Of a stretch of DNA of 64,000 nucleotides, positions 52,515 through 63,725 are shown piece by piece. The stretch lies in assembly GCA_035296685.1 (NCBI GenBank), contig DATHAK010000220.1, forward strand, positions 610 through 64,609. Direction: 5' to 3'. The notes under the pieces were generated by a model. The model was not told where the DNA came from. It ran no database searches and was given only the letters and a program-made list of their open reading frames with translations. Positions within the stretch are counted from its first letter, which is position 1, and every line of letters begins with the position of its first letter. A program made the position numbers and the translations under genes. The stretch is from Blastococcus sp. (GTDB lineage Bacteria > Actinomycetota > Actinomycetes > Mycobacteriales > Geodermatophilaceae).

Positions 52515-54232
52515 CGGCGCCCCTGCGGATCGGCAACGCCTCGGGCTTCTACGGGGACCGGCGCTCCGCGGTGCGCGAGATGCTCGAGGGCGGGCCGCTC
52601 GACGTCCTCACCGGCGACTACCTGGCCGAGCTGACCCTGCTCATCCTCGGCCGGGACCGGGCGCGCGACCCGGCCCTCGGGTACGCCCGCACCTTCCTGG
52701 CGCAGATGGAGGAGTGCCTCGGTCTCGCCGGGGACCGCGGCGTGCGGATCGTGGTGAACGCCGGCGGCCTGAACCCCGCCGGACTGGCCGCCGCCCTCCG
52801 CGACCTGGCCGACCGGCTCGGCGTGCCGGCGGCCGTCGCCTTCGTGGAGGGCGACGACCTGCTGCCGCGCGCCGGCGAGCTCGGCCTCGGCGCACCGCTG
52901 ACGGCCAACGCCTATCTCGGGGCCTTCGGCATCGCGGAGTGCCTGGGGGCGGGCGCGGACGTCGTCGTCACGGGGCGCGTCACCGATGCCTCGCTGGTCG
53001 TGGGAGCGGGGATCGCGCATTTCGGCTGGGGGCGGGACGACCTCGACGCCCTCGCCGGGGCGGTGGTGGCCGGGCACGTGCTCGAGTGCGGGGCGCAGGC
53101 GACCGGAGGCAACCTCTCCGCCTTCTCCGAGCACCCGCTCGAACAGCTCCTCCACCCCGGCTTCCCCCTCGCCGAGCTCGCCGCCGACGGATCCAGCGTC
53201 ATCACCAAGCATCCCGGCACCGGGGGCGTGGTCGACCAGGACACGGTCACCGCCCAGCTGCTCTACGAGGTCGGCGGTGCCCGGTACGCCGGCCCCGACG
53301 TCGTCGCCCGGTTCGACACGATCGAGCTGGCCGACGACGGGCCCGACCGGGTGCGGATCTCCGGTGTGCGTGGCGAGCGCCCGCCGCCGACGGCGAAGGT
53401 CTGCCTGAACGCGCTCGGCGGCCACCGCAACGAGGTGACGTTCGTGCTCACCGGCGAGCGGATCGAGGCGAAGGCGGCCTTCGCCCGGGCCCAGTTCGAG
53501 GCGGCACTGCCCCAGCGGCCCGCGGAACTGGTCTGGTCGCAGCTCGGCGACGGCCGGCCGGACGCGGCCACGGAGGCCGGCGCCAGCGTGCTGCTGCGCT
53601 GCCAGGCGCTGGACCCATCCGCCGACGTGGTGGGGCGGGCCTTCAGCGGGGCCGCGGTGGAGATGGCCCTGGCGAGCTACCCCGGCTTCCACCTCACCGC
53701 GCCGCCCGGCAACGGCTCGCCCTTCGGCGTCTACACCGCGGCCTACGTGCCGCAGACCGAGGTGCCGCACGTCGCCGTCCTGCCCGACGGCACACGGGTC
53801 GAGGTCCCGCCGCCCGCGGAGACCTCGCCCCTCGAGGCGGGGTCCTCGGCAACGTCTGCCTCTGAGTGCGGTGGCACTCAGAGGCAGAGGTTCACGGGAA
53901 CAACGAGTCGGGTCCCGCTGGGTGCCGTGGCCCGGGCCCGGAGCGGGGACAAGGGCGGGACCGCCAACGTGGGGGTGTGGGCGCGGACCGACGCGGCGGC
54001 GGCCTGGCTCGCGGAGACCCTCACGCCCGAGAAGGTGCGCGAGCTGCTGAGCGAGGCCGCGAGCCTGCCGGTCACCGTGCACCCGCTGCCGAACCTGCGG
54101 GCGGTCAACGTGGTGGTCGACGGGCTTCTCGGCCGCGGCGTCGCCGCGAGCACCCGGTTCGACCCCCAGGGCAAGGCCGTGGGCGAGTGGCTGCTCAGCC
54201 GCGCGGTCGACGTGCCGGAGGAGCTCCTGTGA
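52511..54232 (+). CDS. atuA: Acyclic terpene utilisation AtuA family protein (DUF1446)
   Basis: IGNASGFYGDR, GDYLAELT, GHVLECG.Q.TGGN, RSGDKGG.ANVG, DPQGK..GEWL. Confidence 0.92.
   Translation: MTAPLRIGNASGFYGDRRSAVREMLEGGPLDVLTGDYLAELTLLILGRDRARDPALGYARTFLAQMEECLGLAGDRGVRIVVNAGGLNPAGLAAALRDLADRLGVPAAVAFVEGDDLLPRAGELGLGAPLTANAYLGAFGIAECLGAGADVVVTGRVTDASLVVGAGIAHFGWGRDDLDALAGAVVAGHVLECGAQATGGNLSAFSEHPLEQLLHPGFPLAELAADGSSVITKHPGTGGVVDQDTVTAQLLYEVGGARYAGPDVVARFDTIELADDGPDRVRISGVRGERPPPTAKVCLNALGGHRNEVTFVLTGERIEAKAAFARAQFEAALPQRPAELVWSQLGDGRPDAATEAGASVLLRCQALDPSADVVGRAFSGAAVEMALASYPGFHLTAPPGNGSPFGVYTAAYVPQTEVPHVAVLPDGTRVEVPPPAETSPLEAGSSATSASECGGTQRQRFTGTTSRVPLGAVARARSGDKGGTANVGVWARTDAAAAWLAETLTPEKVRELLSEAASLPVTVHPLPNLRAVNVVVDGLLGRGVAASTRFDPQGKAVGEWLLSRAVDVPEELL
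53851..53892. repeat. Palindrome in-frame within the atuA linker
   Basis: TCTGCCTCTGAGTGC-GGTG-GCACTCAGAGGCAGA perfect 15 bp stem (53855-53888), AAC/GTT flanks. Confidence 0.85.
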
Positions 54233-55389
54233 CCGATCCCTGGACGACGCCGGAGCGACTCGCGCTGCGGGAGTCGGCGGCCGGCTTCGTGCGGCGGCAC
54301 GTCGTGCCGCACCTGGCCGACTGGGAGGAGGCCGGGGAGGTCCCGCGGGAGCTGCACCGCCAGGCCGCGGCCGCCGGGCTGCTCGGGCTCGGGATGCCCG
54401 AGGAGGTGGGCGGCCAGGGCGGCGACCTGGTCGACGTCGTCACCTCGATGGAGGCGATGGTCGGGGCCGGGGCCTCCTCGGGACTGCTGGCCGCCCTCTT
54501 CACCCACGCCATCGCGCTGCCGCACATCGTCGCCGGGGGGAACGCCGACCTGATCGACCGGTTCGTCCGCCCGACGCTGGCGGGCGAGCTGATCGGTGCC
54601 CTCGCCGTCACCGAGCCGGGCGGTGGCTCCGACGTCGCCGCGCTGCGCACCCGGGCCGTGCGCGAGGGGGACGACTACGTCGTCGACGGCGCCAAGACCT
54701 TCATCACCAGCGGCACCCGGGCCGACTTCGTCACCACCGCCGTGCGCACCGGTGGGCCGGGCGCGCGGGGCGTGAGCCTGCTGGTCGTCGAGCGCGGGAC
54801 CGAGGGCTTCACCGTGGACCGGCGGCTGGCCAAGATGGGCTGGCTCTGCTCCGACACCGCGGAGCTCGGCTACGCGGGCGTGCGCGTGCCCGCGGCCAAC
54901 CTGGTCGGCCCGGAGGGCAGCGGCTTCGGGCAGATCATGCGGCAGTTCGTGACCGAGCGGCTGGCGCTCGCAGTGCACGCCTACGCCGTCAGCGCCCGGG
55001 CGCTCGCGCTGACGAAGGCGTGGACCCAGGAGCGGGCCACGTTCGGTGTCCCGCTGGCCGGCCGGCAGGCCGTGGTGCACCGGCTGGTGGAGATGCACCA
55101 GCGGATCGAGCTGGCCCGCACCTACACGCGGTCGGTGGTGCTGCGGCACGTCGCGGGCGAGGACGTCACCGCCGACGCCTGCCTGGCCAAGAACGCCGCC
55201 GTCGCCGCGGGGGAGTGGGTGGTCGACCAGGCCGTCCAGCTGCACGGCGGCGCGGGATACCTGAGGGAGTCGGAAGTGGAACGGCACTACCGCGACGTGC
55301 GGATCCTCGGCATCGGCGGCGGCGCCACCGAGGTGCTCGCCGACCTCGCCGGCCGCCTCCTGGGTTACACCGCTGCGGGTGTCCGGTGA
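54229..55389 (+). CDS. Acyl-CoA dehydrogenase (AtuD/FadE13-like)
   Basis: LAVTEPGGGSDVA, GAKTFITSG, KMGWLCSDT, YRDVRILGIGGGATE. Confidence 0.94.
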   Translation: MTDPWTTPERLALRESAAGFVRRHVVPHLADWEEAGEVPRELHRQAAAAGLLGLGMPEEVGGQGGDLVDVVTSMEAMVGAGASSGLLAALFTHAIALPHIVAGGNADLIDRFVRPTLAGELIGALAVTEPGGGSDVAALRTRAVREGDDYVVDGAKTFITSGTRADFVTTAVRTGGPGARGVSLLVVERGTEGFTVDRRLAKMGWLCSDTAELGYAGVRVPAANLVGPEGSGFGQIMRQFVTERLALAVHAYAVSARALALTKAWTQERATFGVPLAGRQAVVHRLVEMHQRIELARTYTRSVVLRHVAGEDVTADACLAKNAAVAAGEWVVDQAVQLHGGAGYLRESEVERHYRDVRILGIGGGATEVLADLAGRLLGYTAAGVR

Positions 55390-56999
55390 CCGTCGTCCGC
55401 TCGGTGCTGGACCCGACGTCGGCCGAGTTCGCCGCCAACCGCGAGGCCGTGCTGGCCGCCCTCACCGAACTGGACGCCGAGCACGCGAAAGCCCTGGCCG
55501 GGGGCGGCGCGAAGGCCGTCGCCCGCCACCGGAGCCGCGGGAAGCTGCTGCCCCGCGAGCGGATCGAGCTGCTGCTCGACCCCGACAGCCCGTTCCTCGA
55601 GCTCTCCCCGCTGGCCGCCTGGGGCACCGAGTTCGCGGTCGGGGCCAGCGTCGTCACCGGCATCGGCGTGGTCGAGGACGTCGAGTCCGTGGTCATCGCC
55701 AACGACCCCACCGTGCGCGGTGGCGCGAGCAACCCCTGGACGCTGAAGAAGTCGCTGCGGGCACTGCAGATCGCCCGGGAGAACCGGCTGCCGGTGATCC
55801 AGCTCGTCGAGTCCGGCGGGGCGGACCTGCCGACGCAGAAGGAGATCTTCATCCCGGGCGGGCAGCTCTTCCGCGACCTGACCCGGCTCTCTGCCGCGGG
55901 TATCCCGACCATCGCGCTGGTCTTCGGCAACTCCACGGCCGGCGGGGCCTACGTGCCCGGCATGAGCGACCACGTCGTCCTGGTCGACGGCGGCGCGAAG
56001 GTCTTCCTGGGAGGTCCGCCGCTGGTCCGCATGGCCACCGGCGAGATCGCCGACGAGGAGGAGCTGGGCGGGGCCGCGATGCACGGCCGGGTCAGCGGGC
56101 TGGCCGACCACGTGGCGTCGGACGAACAGGACGCGATCAGGATCGGCCGGCGCATCGTCGCCCGGCTGAACTGGCGCAAGCGCGGGCCGGCGCCGCTCCC
56201 GTCGCTGCCGCCGCGCTACCCCGAGGAGGACCTGGTCGGCATCGTCGGCCCCGATCTGTCCCGGCCGTTCGACCCGCGCGACGTGCTCGCCCGGGTGGTC
56301 GACGACTCCGACGTCGACGAGGTCAAGCCGCGGTACGGGCCCAGCCTGGTCACCGCCTGGGCCCGCATCCACGGCCACCCCGTCGGCATCCTCGCCAACG
56401 CCCAGGGCGTGCTGTTCAGCCAGGAGGCCCAGAAGGCGGCCCAGTTCATACAGCTCGCGAACCAGACCGACACCCCGCTGGTTTTCCTGCACAACACCAC
56501 CGGCTACATGGTCGGCCGCGAGTACGAGCAGGGCGGGATCATCAAGCACGGCGCCATGATGATCAACGCCGTCGCCAACAGCCGGGTCCCGCACCTCTCC
56601 GTGCTGCTCGGCGCCTCCTATGGCGCCGGCCACTACGGCATGTGCGGCCGGGCCTACGACCCGCGCTTCCTGTTCGCCTGGCCCACGGCGAAGTCGGCGG
56701 TGATGGGTCCGGCGCAGCTGGCCGGGGTGCTGTCGATCGTCTCGCGGGCAGCCGCCGAGGCGCGGGGGACGCCGTTCGACGAGGAAGGGGACACCGCGAT
56801 GCGGGCCGCCGTCGAGGCGCAGATCGAGGCCGAGTCCCTGCCGGCCTTCCTCTCCGGCCGGGTCTACGACGACGGCGTCATCGACCCCCGGGACACCCGG
56901 ACGGTGCTCGGCCTCTGCCTCTCGGCGATCGCCAACGGCCCGATCGAGGGCGTCGGCTCGGGACGAGGGGACGCCGGCTTCGGCGTCTTCCGGATGTGA
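55386..56999 (+). CDS. Acyl-CoA carboxylase carboxyltransferase subunit (AtuC/AccD2-like)
   Basis: GKLLPRERI..LLD, ANDPTVRGG, GNSTAGGAY, NTTGYMVG, GAGHYGMCGR. Confidence 0.94.
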   Translation: MTVVRSVLDPTSAEFAANREAVLAALTELDAEHAKALAGGGAKAVARHRSRGKLLPRERIELLLDPDSPFLELSPLAAWGTEFAVGASVVTGIGVVEDVESVVIANDPTVRGGASNPWTLKKSLRALQIARENRLPVIQLVESGGADLPTQKEIFIPGGQLFRDLTRLSAAGIPTIALVFGNSTAGGAYVPGMSDHVVLVDGGAKVFLGGPPLVRMATGEIADEEELGGAAMHGRVSGLADHVASDEQDAIRIGRRIVARLNWRKRGPAPLPSLPPRYPEEDLVGIVGPDLSRPFDPRDVLARVVDDSDVDEVKPRYGPSLVTAWARIHGHPVGILANAQGVLFSQEAQKAAQFIQLANQTDTPLVFLHNTTGYMVGREYEQGGIIKHGAMMINAVANSRVPHLSVLLGASYGAGHYGMCGRAYDPRFLFAWPTAKSAVMGPAQLAGVLSIVSRAAAEARGTPFDEEGDTAMRAAVEAQIEAESLPAFLSGRVYDDGVIDPRDTRTVLGLCLSAIANGPIEGVGSGRGDAGFGVFRM

Positions 57000-57004
57000 G
57001 CGGC

Positions 57005-58973
57005 ATGATCACGCGGGTCCTCGTGGCCAACCGGGGCGAGATCGCCCGGCGCGTCTTCCGCACCTGCCGCGACCTCGGCATCGGCACCGTCGCGGTGTAC
57101 TCCGACGCGGATGCCGACAGCCCGCACCGCGCGGAGGCCGACCGCGCCGTCCGGCTCCCCGGGTCCGCGCCCGCCGACACCTACCTGCGCGCCGACCTGC
57201 TGATCGCCGCCGCGCGGGCGGCCGGTGCCGACGCCGTCCACCCCGGCTACGGGTTCCTGTCGGAGAACGCGGAGTTCGCGCAGGCCGTGCTCGACGCGGG
57301 GCTCACCTGGATCGGCCCGCCGCCGGCCGCCATCGCGGCGATGGGGTCGAAGGTCGCGGCCAAGAAGCTCATGGCCGACGCCGGTGTGCCGGTGCTGCCC
57401 GAGCTCGACCCCGGCGCGGTCGCCGACTCCGACCTGCCCGTGCTGGTCAAGGCGTCGGCCGGTGGTGGTGGCCGGGGGATGCGGGTCGTGCGCACCCTCG
57501 CCGAGCTGCCGGCAGCGCTGGACGCGGCCCGGGCCGAGGCGGCCTCGGCGTTCGGCGATCCCACCGTCTTCTGCGAGCCGTACATCGAGGTGGGGCGGCA
57601 CCTGGAGGTGCAGGTCCTGGCCGACGCGCACGGCACCGTGTGGTCGCTGGGCGAGCGGGAGTGCTCGCTGCAGCGCCGCCACCAGAAGATCGTCGAGGAG
57701 ACGCCCTCGCCGATGGTCGACGACAGGCTGCGCGGCGAGCTGTCCGCGGCCGCGGTGGCCGCCGCCAAGGCCATCGACTACGTCGGCGCGGGCACCGTGG
57801 AGTTCCTCGCGAGGAATGACGGCAGCTTCTGGTTCCTCGAGACCAACACCCGTCTGCAGGTCGAGCACCCGGTCACCGAGTGCGTCACCGGGCTGGATCT
57901 GGTCGCGGCGCAGCTGCGGATCGCCGCGGGGGAGCGGCTCCCCGCCGCGCCGCCGGAGCCGCGGGGGGCGGCCATCGAGGTGCGGCTGTACGCGGAGGAC
58001 CCGGCCCGGGACTGGCGCCCCACCGGGGGCACCGTCCGCCGCTTCGCCGTCCCGGGGGTCACGGCGGAGTTCGACGTCCCGCCCCGTCCCGGCATCCGGC
58101 TGGACGCCGGCGTCGCCGACGGGACGCCGGTCGGCATGGCCTACGACCCGATGCTGGCCAAGGTCATCGGGTGGGCGCCCACCCGCGAGGAGGCGGCCGC
58201 CCGCCTGGCGGCGGCGCTGGCCGGCGCCCGGGTGCACGGCATGACCACCAACCGCGACCTCCTGGTCCGCACGCTCCGGCACCCCGAGTTCCTCGCCGGC
58301 CGCACCGACACCGCGTTCTTCGACCGGATCGGACTGGGGCAGCTGGCGTCTCCCCTGGCCGGCCCGGACGAGGTGCGCCTGGCCGCCCTCGCCGCCGCGC
58401 TCGCGGGCGCCGCGACCCGGCGCAGGGACGCCCGGGTGCTCGGCGGCCTGCCGAGCGGGTGGCGGAACGTCCCGTCCCCAGCCGCAGCGGGCGGCGTTCG
58501 ACGTGGCGGGGCGGACCGTCGAGGTGGGCTACCGGTACACCCGTGACGGGCTGCTGGTCGAGGGTCGCGACGACGTGGGCCGGGTGACGGCGACGCCCGA
58601 GGAGGTGATCGTCGAGATCGGCGGCGCGGAGCACCGACTCCGGACTTTCGGCGCCGGAAGTCCGGACGTGGACGTCGAGGGTGACGGGTGGTCGGTCGCG
58701 CTGCGCGCCCTGCCGCGCTTCCCGGACGCCGCGGCCGCCGTCGCCGCCGGTTCGCTGGTCGCCCCCATGCCCGGCGCGGTCGCCGCGGTGCACGTGGCGG
58801 TCGGCGACCGCGTGCAGGCCGGGAGCCCGCTGCTGGTGCTCGAGGCGATGAAGATGCAGCACCCGGTCGTGGCACCCGGGGCGGGCGTCGTCCGTTCCCT
58901 GGGCGTCGTCGCGGGCCAGCAGGTGGACGCCGGCACGGTGCTGGCCGTGATCGAGGCAGAAGGAGAACCGTGA
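57005..58973 (+). pseudogene. Biotin carboxylase/BCCP subunit (AtuF/AccA2-like) with +1 frameshift at 58476-58479
   Basis: VANRGEIA, HPGYGFLSEN, GGGGRGM, ETNTRLQVEHPVTE in one frame; biotinyl domain APMPG..EAMKM in another. Removing one C from TCCCCAG restores WRNVPSQPQRAAFDVAG. Confidence 0.88.
58639..58666. repeat. 28 bp palindrome in-frame within the accA2-like CDS
   Basis: TCCGGACTTTCGGCGCCGGAAGTCCGGA; near-identical to the intergenic palindrome at 60144. Confidence 0.8.
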
Positions 58974-60133
58974 GCCTGGACTTCGACGAGGGCGACGAGC
59001 TGCGGGCGCTGCGGGCGGCCGTGGCCGACCTGGGCGGCCGCTACGGGCAGTCTTACTTCCTGGAGCAGGCGCGCACCGGCGGCACCACCGCCGCGCTGTG
59101 GGCCGAGGCGGGGAAGGCCGGGTTCCTGGGCGTGAACCTGCCGGAGGAGTACGGCGGCGGGGGCGGCGGCATGGTCGAGCTGTCGCTGGTCTGCGAGGAG
59201 CTGGGCGCCGCCGGCTGCGGGCTGCTGATGATGGTCGTCTCGCCGGCGATCTGCGGCACGGTCATCAGCCGGTTCGGCACGCCCGAGCAGAAGGAGCGCT
59301 GGCTGCCCGGCCTGGCCGACGGGTCGCGGATCATGGCGTTCGCGATCACCGAACCGGACGCCGGGTCGAACGCGCACGAGATCAGCACGACCGCCCGCCG
59401 CGACGGCGACGAGTGGGTGCTCAGCGGGCGCAAGACCTGGATCAGCGGGGTCGATCTCGCCGACGCCGTCCTCGTGGTGGGCCGGCTCGCCGACGGGCCG
59501 AAGGGCACGCTCCGCCCGGCGCTGTTCGTCGTCCCGACCGATGCCCCCGGCTTCGGCGCGCGGCCGATCCCCATGGAGCTGGTCAGCCCCGAGCGGCAGT
59601 TCCAGGTGTTCCTCGACGACGTCCGGCTGCCCGCCGACGCGCTGGTCGGGCACCCCGACCAGGGCATCGCGCAGCTGTTCGCCGGCCTCAACCCAGAGCG
59701 GGTGATGGCGGCCGCGTTCTCCCTCGGCGTCGCCCGGCTCGCGATGAGCAAGGCCACCGCCTATGCCCGGCAGCGCCAGGTCTGGGGGACGCCGATCGGC
59801 GCCCACCAGGGTCTGGCGCACCCGCTGGCCGCCTGCCAGATCGAGATCGAGCTCGCGCGGCTGATGACGCAGAAGGCGGCGTGGCTGATCGACCGGGGCC
59901 GTGACGCCGAGGCTGGCCTGGCGGCCAACAGCGCGAAATATGCCGCCGCCGAGGCCTCGGCCCGCACGGTCGACCAGGCGGTGCAGACCCACGGCGGCGC
60001 CGGCCTCTCGCAGGAGTACGGCGTCGGAGCCCTGCTCGTCGCGTCCCGGCTGAGCCGGATCGCCCCCGTGAGCCGCGAGATGATCCTCAGCTTCGTGGCC
60101 CAGCACGACCTGCAGCTCCCCCGCTCCTACTGA
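58970..60133 (+). CDS. Acyl-CoA dehydrogenase (FadE12-like)
   Basis: FAITEPDAGSNAH, GRKTWISG, HQGLAHPLA, QTHGGAG, RIAPVSREM. Confidence 0.94.
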   Translation: MSLDFDEGDELRALRAAVADLGGRYGQSYFLEQARTGGTTAALWAEAGKAGFLGVNLPEEYGGGGGGMVELSLVCEELGAAGCGLLMMVVSPAICGTVISRFGTPEQKERWLPGLADGSRIMAFAITEPDAGSNAHEISTTARRDGDEWVLSGRKTWISGVDLADAVLVVGRLADGPKGTLRPALFVVPTDAPGFGARPIPMELVSPERQFQVFLDDVRLPADALVGHPDQGIAQLFAGLNPERVMAAAFSLGVARLAMSKATAYARQRQVWGTPIGAHQGLAHPLAACQIEIELARLMTQKAAWLIDRGRDAEAGLAANSAKYAAAEASARTVDQAVQTHGGAGLSQEYGVGALLVASRLSRIAPVSREMILSFVAQHDLQLPRSY

Positions 60134-60143
60134 CCGCCCACCC

Positions 60144-60165
60144 GGACTTTGGGCGCCCAAAGTCC
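60144..60165. repeat. 22 bp perfect intergenic palindrome
   Basis: GGACTTTGGGCGCCCAAAGTCC. Confidence 0.85.
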
Positions 60166-60183
60166 CGAGACCGGAGGACGACG

Positions 60184-61755
<1,572 letters not shown>

Positions 61756-61759
<4 letters not shown>

Positions 61760-61899
61760 ACGCTGTCGGCGCCGCCGGCGTCGGTGTCCTCGCCCTCGGC
61801 CGGCTGCTCGGGATGCGGCGTCTGCCCGCCCTCGCCGGTGCCGGGCTCCTCGGCGCCCTCGGCCGGCTCGGCGGTGTGGGCGTTGTCCGGCTCGGTCAT
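61756..61899 (-). CDS. Small acidic hypothetical protein (47 aa), absent from the ORF track
   Basis: MTEPDNAHTAEPAEGAEEPGTGEGGQTPHPEQPAEGEDTDAGGADSV*; GGAGG RBS; stop overlaps the ligase stop (CTAG). Confidence 0.75.
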
Positions 61900-61935
61900 C
61901 GTCGGGTCCTCCTCGGTCCGTCGCTCGACCGCCCT

Positions 61936-61960
61936 GTGCCCGGCCGGAGGCGGCGGAAAC
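61936..61960 (-). promoter_or_regulatory. SigB/SigF-type promoter
   Basis: GTTT-N15-GGGCAC. Confidence 0.65.
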
Positions 61961-61965
61961 GCAGG

Positions 61966-62889
61966 TCAGCCGACGGTCTCCGACGCCGGCACCCGGGGCA
62001 GCAGCGCCCGGACGTCGGCGTCGTGGGGCAGGGCACCGCGGGCACCCGGTCCGGTGGTCGACAGCGCCGCGGCGGCCACCGCGTAGCGCACGGCCTCGGG
62101 CAGGTCGCCGCCCCGGGCCAGCGCCTGCCCGAGCGCGCCGCAGAAGCAGTCACCCGCGCCGGTGGTGTCGACGGCGGTGACCGGGGGCGGCGCCTGCAGC
62201 AGGACCGGCCCGTCGTCGGGCACGAGCAGGGCACCGCGCGCCCCGAGCGTGACGACGACCGAGCATGTCGCCACCGACCGGGCCAGGGCCACCAGCTCCC
62301 CGACCGGCCGCTCGCCGGCGGCGACCCCGGCCAGCTGGGCCAGCTCGTGCTCGTTGGGCACCAGCACGTCCACCCGCTCCATCAGCGCCCGTGGTAGCGG
62401 CCGCGGGGGAGCGGGCGTGAGGACGACGGTGCCCGTGGCCGCCTGTGCCGCGGCCGTCACCGTCTGGATCGGCACCTCCAGCTGGAGGAGCACCACGCGC
62501 GCGGTCCGGACCGGCTCGATGTCGGCGTCCTCGGGAGCGAGGGCGCCGTTCGCCCCGGGGACGACGACGATCAGGTTCTCGCCGCTGCCCTCCTCCACGG
62601 GGATCGTGGCGGAGCCGGTGGGCTCCCCTGGTGTCCGGTGCACGTGGCTGACGTCCACCCGCGCGGCGGCCAGCTCGGCCAGCTGCCGGTCACCGGCGGG
62701 GTCCTTGCCGACCCGGCCCACCATGAGCACGCCGCGTCCGAGCATCCCGGCCGCGGCGGCCTGGTTCGCCCCCTTGCCGCCGGGGGCCAGGCGGGTGGAG
62801 CGGCCGACCACCGTCTCGCCCCGGCCGGGCAGCCGCCCGACCGCGACCAGCACGTCCTCGTTCAGGCTGCCGACGACGGCGACGGACAA
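61966..62889 (-). CDS. rbsK: Ribokinase (PfkB family)
   Basis: GGKGANQA, LLQLEVP, VPNEHE, VDTTGAGDCFCG; TTG start after GGAGG. Confidence 0.92.
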   Translation of the reverse strand: MSVAVVGSLNEDVLVAVGRLPGRGETVVGRSTRLAPGGKGANQAAAAGMLGRGVLMVGRVGKDPAGDRQLAELAAARVDVSHVHRTPGEPTGSATIPVEEGSGENLIVVVPGANGALAPEDADIEPVRTARVVLLQLEVPIQTVTAAAQAATGTVVLTPAPPRPLPRALMERVDVLVPNEHELAQLAGVAAGERPVGELVALARSVATCSVVVTLGARGALLVPDDGPVLLQAPPPVTAVDTTGAGDCFCGALGQALARGGDLPEAVRYAVAAAALSTTGPGARGALPHDADVRALLPRVPASETVG

Positions 62890-62947
62890 CGGGGACCTCC
62901 GGCGATCCAGGGGTGCGGCGGGCGGCGTTCCCGGTGATCATGGCCCG

Positions 62948-63649
62948 GTGACGGGACGGCGGCGCAACGACCCCGCCCAGTACCACGACCTGCACGACCA
63001 GTGGTGGGAGCCGCACGGGGAGTTCGCCGCCCTGCACTGGCTGGCCGCCTGGCGCGCGCAGCACCTCCCGCCCGCCGACCGCGACGGCGCCGTGCTGGTC
63101 GACCTGGGCTGCGGCGGCGGCCTGATGGGCCCCCACGTCGCGCCGCTCGGCTACCGGCACGTGGGCGTCGACATCGGCCTCCCCGGCCTGGCGCTCGCCC
63201 GCGAGCACGGCGTCCGGCCGGTCGGCGGGTCGGCGCTGGAGGTCCCGCTGGCCGACGGCTGCGCCGACGTGGTGCTCGCCTGCGAGATCCTCGAGCACGT
63301 CGAGGACGACGCGGCGGTGCTGGCCGAGTGCGCGCGGCTGCTCCGGCCCGGCGGCCTGCTCCTGCTCGACACGCTCGCGGCCACCTGGCTGTCGGTGCTG
63401 ATCAACGTGCACCTGCTCGAGCGGCTGCCCGGGGGCCCGCCGCGGGGACTGCACGACCCGGCCCTCTTCGTCGACCGCTCGCGGCTCCTCGCGGCGGCCG
63501 ACCGGCACGGCCTGGATCTCCGGCTGGTGGGCCTGCGTCCGTCGATGCGGGAGGCGATCGCATGGAAGTTCGGCCGCCGCGACATGGTCACCATGAAGCA
63601 GCACCGGTGGACCGGCAGCGTGTTCGCGGGGATCGGGCGCAAGCGGTGA
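62948..63649 (+). CDS. Class I SAM-dependent methyltransferase, UbiG-like
   Basis: VDLGCGGG, EILEHV, GLHDPALFV; leaderless GATCAT -10. Confidence 0.88.
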   Translation: MTGRRRNDPAQYHDLHDQWWEPHGEFAALHWLAAWRAQHLPPADRDGAVLVDLGCGGGLMGPHVAPLGYRHVGVDIGLPGLALAREHGVRPVGGSALEVPLADGCADVVLACEILEHVEDDAAVLAECARLLRPGGLLLLDTLAATWLSVLINVHLLERLPGGPPRGLHDPALFVDRSRLLAAADRHGLDLRLVGLRPSMREAIAWKFGRRDMVTMKQHRWTGSVFAGIGRKR

Positions 63650-63686
63650 GGCGGCGCGCGCCGGGACGCCGACGTACCGTCGGGCC

Positions 63687-63725
63687 ATGACGCCGAGCCC
63701 GTGCGCCCGCCGGACGCCCGCATGA
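63687..63725 (+). other. Putative leaderless uORF MTPSPCARRTPA* overlapping the PKS start
   Basis: TACCGT -10 six nt before ATG 63687; its TGA overlaps the PKS ATG (ATGA). Confidence 0.4.

Noticed and set aside
62948-63649. ubiG for ubiquinone biosynthesis
   Set aside because: Actinobacteria use menaquinone, and the context points to PKS tailoring.
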